From positions 55,740,001 to 55,804,000 of the forward strand of contig CM059438.1 of the NCBI GenBank assembly GCA_030390025.1: a DNA stretch of 64,000 bases. Direction: 5' to 3'. The notes under the pieces are model-generated. The model was not told where the DNA came from. It did no database searches and was given only the letters and a program-made list of their open reading frames with translations. This DNA comes from Squalus acanthias. Taxonomy: Eukaryota. This document shows, one piece after another, positions 60,575 to 64,000 of the stretch (positions within the stretch are counted from its first letter, which is position 1; each line of letters starts with the position of its first letter). The position numbers were made by a program, and so were the translations under genes.

Positions 60575-62070
60575 TTTCCCTCCATTTCTCTCTCTACCTC
60601 TCCCTCCATCTCTCTCTCCCTCTCCCTCCATCTCTCTCTCTACCTCTCCCTCCATCTCTCTCTCTACCTCTCCCTCCATCTCTCTCCCTCTCCCTCCATC
60701 TCTCTCTCTACCTCTCCCTCCATCTCTCTCTCTCCCTCTCCCTCCATCATTCTCCCTACCTCTCCCTCCATCTCTCTCTCTACCTCTCCCTCCATCTCTC
60801 TCTACCTCTCCCTCCATCTCTCTCTCTACCTCTCCCTCCATCTCTCTCTCTACCTCTCCCTCCATCTCTCTCTCTACCTCTCCCTCCATCTCTCTCTCCC
60901 TCTCCCTCCATCTCTCTCTCTACCTCTCCCTCCATCTCTCTCTCCCTCTCCCTCCATCTCTCTCTCTCCCTCTCCCTCCATCTCTCTCTCTCCCTCTCCC
61001 TCCATCTCTCTCTCTACCTCTCCCTCCATCTCTCTCTCTACCTCTCCCTCCATCTCTCTCTCTACCTCTCCCTCCATCTCTCTCTCTACCTCTCCCTCCA
61101 TCTCTCTCTACCTCTCCCTCCATCTCTCTCTACCTCTCCCTCCATCTCTCTCTCTCTACCTCTCCCTCCATCTCTCTCTCTACCTCTCCCTCCATCTCTC
61201 TCTCCCTCTCCCTCCATCTCTCTCTCCCTCTCCCTCCATCTCTCTCTCTACCTCTCCCTCCATCTCTCTCTACCTCTCCCTCCATCTCTCTCTCTACCTC
61301 TCCCTCCATCTCTCTCTCCCGCTCCCTCCATCTCTCTCTCTACCTCTCCCTCCATCTCTCTCTCCCTCTCCCTCCATCTCTCTACCTCTCCCTCCATCTC
61401 TCTCTCTACCTCTCCCTCCATCTCTCTCTCTACCTCTCCCTCCATCTCTCTCTCTACCTCTCCCTCCATCTCTCTCTCTACCTCTCCCTCCATCTCTCTC
61501 TCCCTCTCCCTCCATCTCTCTCTACCTCTCCCTCCATCTCTCTCTCTACCTCTCCCTCCATCTCTCTCTCTACCTCTCCCTCCATCTCTCTCTACCTCTG
61601 CCTCCATCTCTCTCTCTACCTCTCCCTCCATCTCTCTCTCTACCTCTCCCTCCATCTCTCTCTACCTCTCCTTCCATCTGTCTCTGTACCTCTCCCTCCA
61701 ACTCTCTCTACACCTCTCCCTCCATCTCTCTCTCTACCTCTCCATCTCTCTCTCTACCTCTCCCTCCATCTCTCTCTCTACCTCTCCCTCCATCTCTCCC
61801 TCTCCCTCCATCTGTCTCTGTATCTCTCCCTCCAACTCTCTCTACACCTCTCCCTCCATCTCTCTCTCTCCCTCTCCCTCCATCTCTCTCTTCCTCCATC
61901 TCTCTCTCCCTTTCCCTCCATCTCTCTCTCTCCCTCTCCCTCCATCTCTCTCTCTCCCTCTCCCTCCATCTCTCTCTCCCTCTCCCTCCATCTCTCTCTC
62001 TCTCTCCCTCTTGCTCCATCTCTCTCTACCTCTTGCTCCATCTCTCTTTCTACCTCTTGCTCCATCTCTC
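60575..62070. repeat. Expanded CT-rich minisatellite, same motif as 52294-52850
   Basis: Directly visible. Confidence 0.95.
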
Positions 62071-62263
62071 TGTGTATATTTATCTTTTTTTCTCCATCTC
62101 TCTCTGTACCTCTCCCTCTATCCCTCTCTGTTTTTGTATCTTTATCCATCTCTCTCTCTCTCTCTTTTTATCTTTCGACACTCTCTCTATCTGCTGTGAG
62201 GATTTATACCTGGGGCTGGGATTCTCCTGGGTGTTAAGGTGCAGAATGCCAGTTAGACTCTGT

Positions 62264-64000
62264 GGCCGCGATTTTGCCAGCGCTCAGAGGGCGGGTTTGG
62301 AGGCGGGTCAGAGGTTAAATTTGTTTTGATTGACTTCGGGTTCCGAACCCGCCTCCACACAACTTTGCAAAGTGTCGGGTCTGGGAGTCCCGATCAGAGC
62401 CACCACCAAGCGACGGGAGAGGCACTTAAGGCAGTTAACAGCTTGATAACTGCCTACATAATCCCATTTTAACAGGCTCTTCCCATTTTACAACATTTTC
62501 AGCATGTTCCACACCGTTTGCAAAACACGCCAAAGTCACCACCGCCCTCAATTTTTTTTGCTTCAGGGTCCTTCCAGGGATCATCAGCAAACATCAGCGG
62601 CATCTCCCAGTCAGCCGCACACACTTGCATCATGCAGGTTACCGATGCCCTCTTTGCAAAGGCGCACAATTACATCCACTTCTCCATGGATGAAGCAAGT
62701 GTGACGGCGCGTGCGGTTGGCTTTGCAAATATGGCAGGCTTCCCAAGGGTGCAGGGCATCGTAGACTGCACACGTGGCCATTAGGGCACCCCATCACAGC
62801 CCAGCTGTATTTGTGAACCGCAAGGGCTTCCACTCCTTTAACGTCCAGCTGGTGTGTAACCACAGGAAGGACATCATGCATGTTTGCATCAAGTTCCCTG
62901 GCAGTTGCCATGACTCCTTCATCCTGCGACAATCCACTGTGCCTCCGCTCTTCAATCCGCCAAACCAACTTTCTGGATGGCTACTTGGAGACAAGGGCTA
63001 TCCCCTGAAGACGTGGCTAATGACGATGTTGAGGAGCCCATCGAACGAAGCAGAGGAGCGCTACAACTCCAGCCACATTTCCACCAGAGCCATCATCGAG
63101 TAAACCATCGGCTTGCTCAAAATGTGATTCAGATGCCTCGACAGATCAGGTGGAGCCCTACAGTACTCGGCAGCCAGGGTCTCCAGAATCATCGTGGTCT
63201 GCTGTGCACTGCACAACATCGCACAGCAGCGTGGCTTACTGCTGCCTGAGGAACAAGTGGCTCAGCGCACAGCCTCCTCCTCCTCAGAGGAGGAGGATGA
63301 TCAGGAAGACCTTGCGGAGGCGGATGTGCCAGTTCCACCAGCACGCGAGCACATTGCTGGCCGTGATGCAAGGGATGCACTAATCCATGCCAGATTCGCT
63401 TAAGTTTACGAAGCAAACACATGTGGCTGCCACCTTCTTAACACACCATACACAATGTACAATAAACTGTGGGTTCCTATCACTCTCACCACCATCATTA
63501 CAGATGAAAGGCGCCCTGATCCCTCACTGTGACACTTCCATTTCTGGGCACACATAGGCCAACTCTTTGAATGCTTGCCATCATATTTCTTTATTACAAT
63601 TGAAATGATGATAATCTTAAATTTGTATTACATCAAAACACCCAAGTGACTACTCTTGTGACTGTTTTGTGTGTTAACTTTCTCTTACGCGTGCTTCTAC
63701 ATGGTGCTTCCCCTGTGGCTTCAGCAGATGTGGAGGCACCTTGCTCACTTTCATGCTGCTCCTGGTTCGACACCTTTGACGGGCATCCTCTGGGTTTGGG
63801 AGCCTGGGAGGGCTCGGCAACAGTCTGCTCCTCCTGGGGCTGTGCAGGGGCTGAGACGGCCATCTCAGTTGGGTGAGGAATCTGGGGCTCTGACCGAGGG
63901 CTCCGCAGTGGCATGGGAGTGTGAGCGCTTGGAGAGGAGCCCACACTTCCGTGTTGTCTGCCACCAACATCCCTCTCATTGGTCGCCCGCACTTCGCTGC
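62264..64000 (+). mobile_element. Duplicated copy of the 53041 Harbinger (runs off the window)
   Basis: Near-identical to 53041-54777 at offset 9223, with the same inactivating stops. Confidence 0.93.

Noticed and set aside
52244..62329. MEGEVER/RERDGG repeat ORFs
   Set aside because: Artefacts of the CT-rich minisatellites.

Overview
Repeat-rich vertebrate genomic DNA, most likely a cartilaginous fish (inferred from the abundance of CR1-type LINEs and Deu-domain-like SINEs). The left half carries the 5' end of CCAR1 on the minus strand. It has a probable non-coding exon 1 in a CpG island at about 27.1-27.3 kb and five coding exons with canonical AG/GT sites and matching phases (16294-16363, 11857-12026, 8087-8131, 2756-2788, 1364-1551); the gene runs off the left edge. 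The rest is mobile DNA and tandem repeats: many CR1 LINEs (one with an open 1005-aa ORF2, one nearly full length with an esterase ORF1), SINEs and SINE-derived minisatellites, two PIF/Harbinger transposons, two Harbinger-type MITEs, a non-autonomous long-LTR element with a tRNA-Arg-like PBS, and a compact 3.7-kb Gypsy element with a 5-bp TSD. The most striking feature is that the Gypsy element has no tRNA primer-binding site. Instead, an 11-nt sequence next to its 5' LTR is perfectly complementary to a segment inside the LTR, the architecture of Tf1-type self-priming. It also has a YLDN RT motif and no recognisable protease. Other points are a multi-level TE nest, a 9223-bp-offset duplication at the right end, inverted CR1 copies flanking CCAR1 exons 3-4, and palindromic forkhead-motif minisatellites in intron 1. 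No database searches could be run; family names come from motif recognition.
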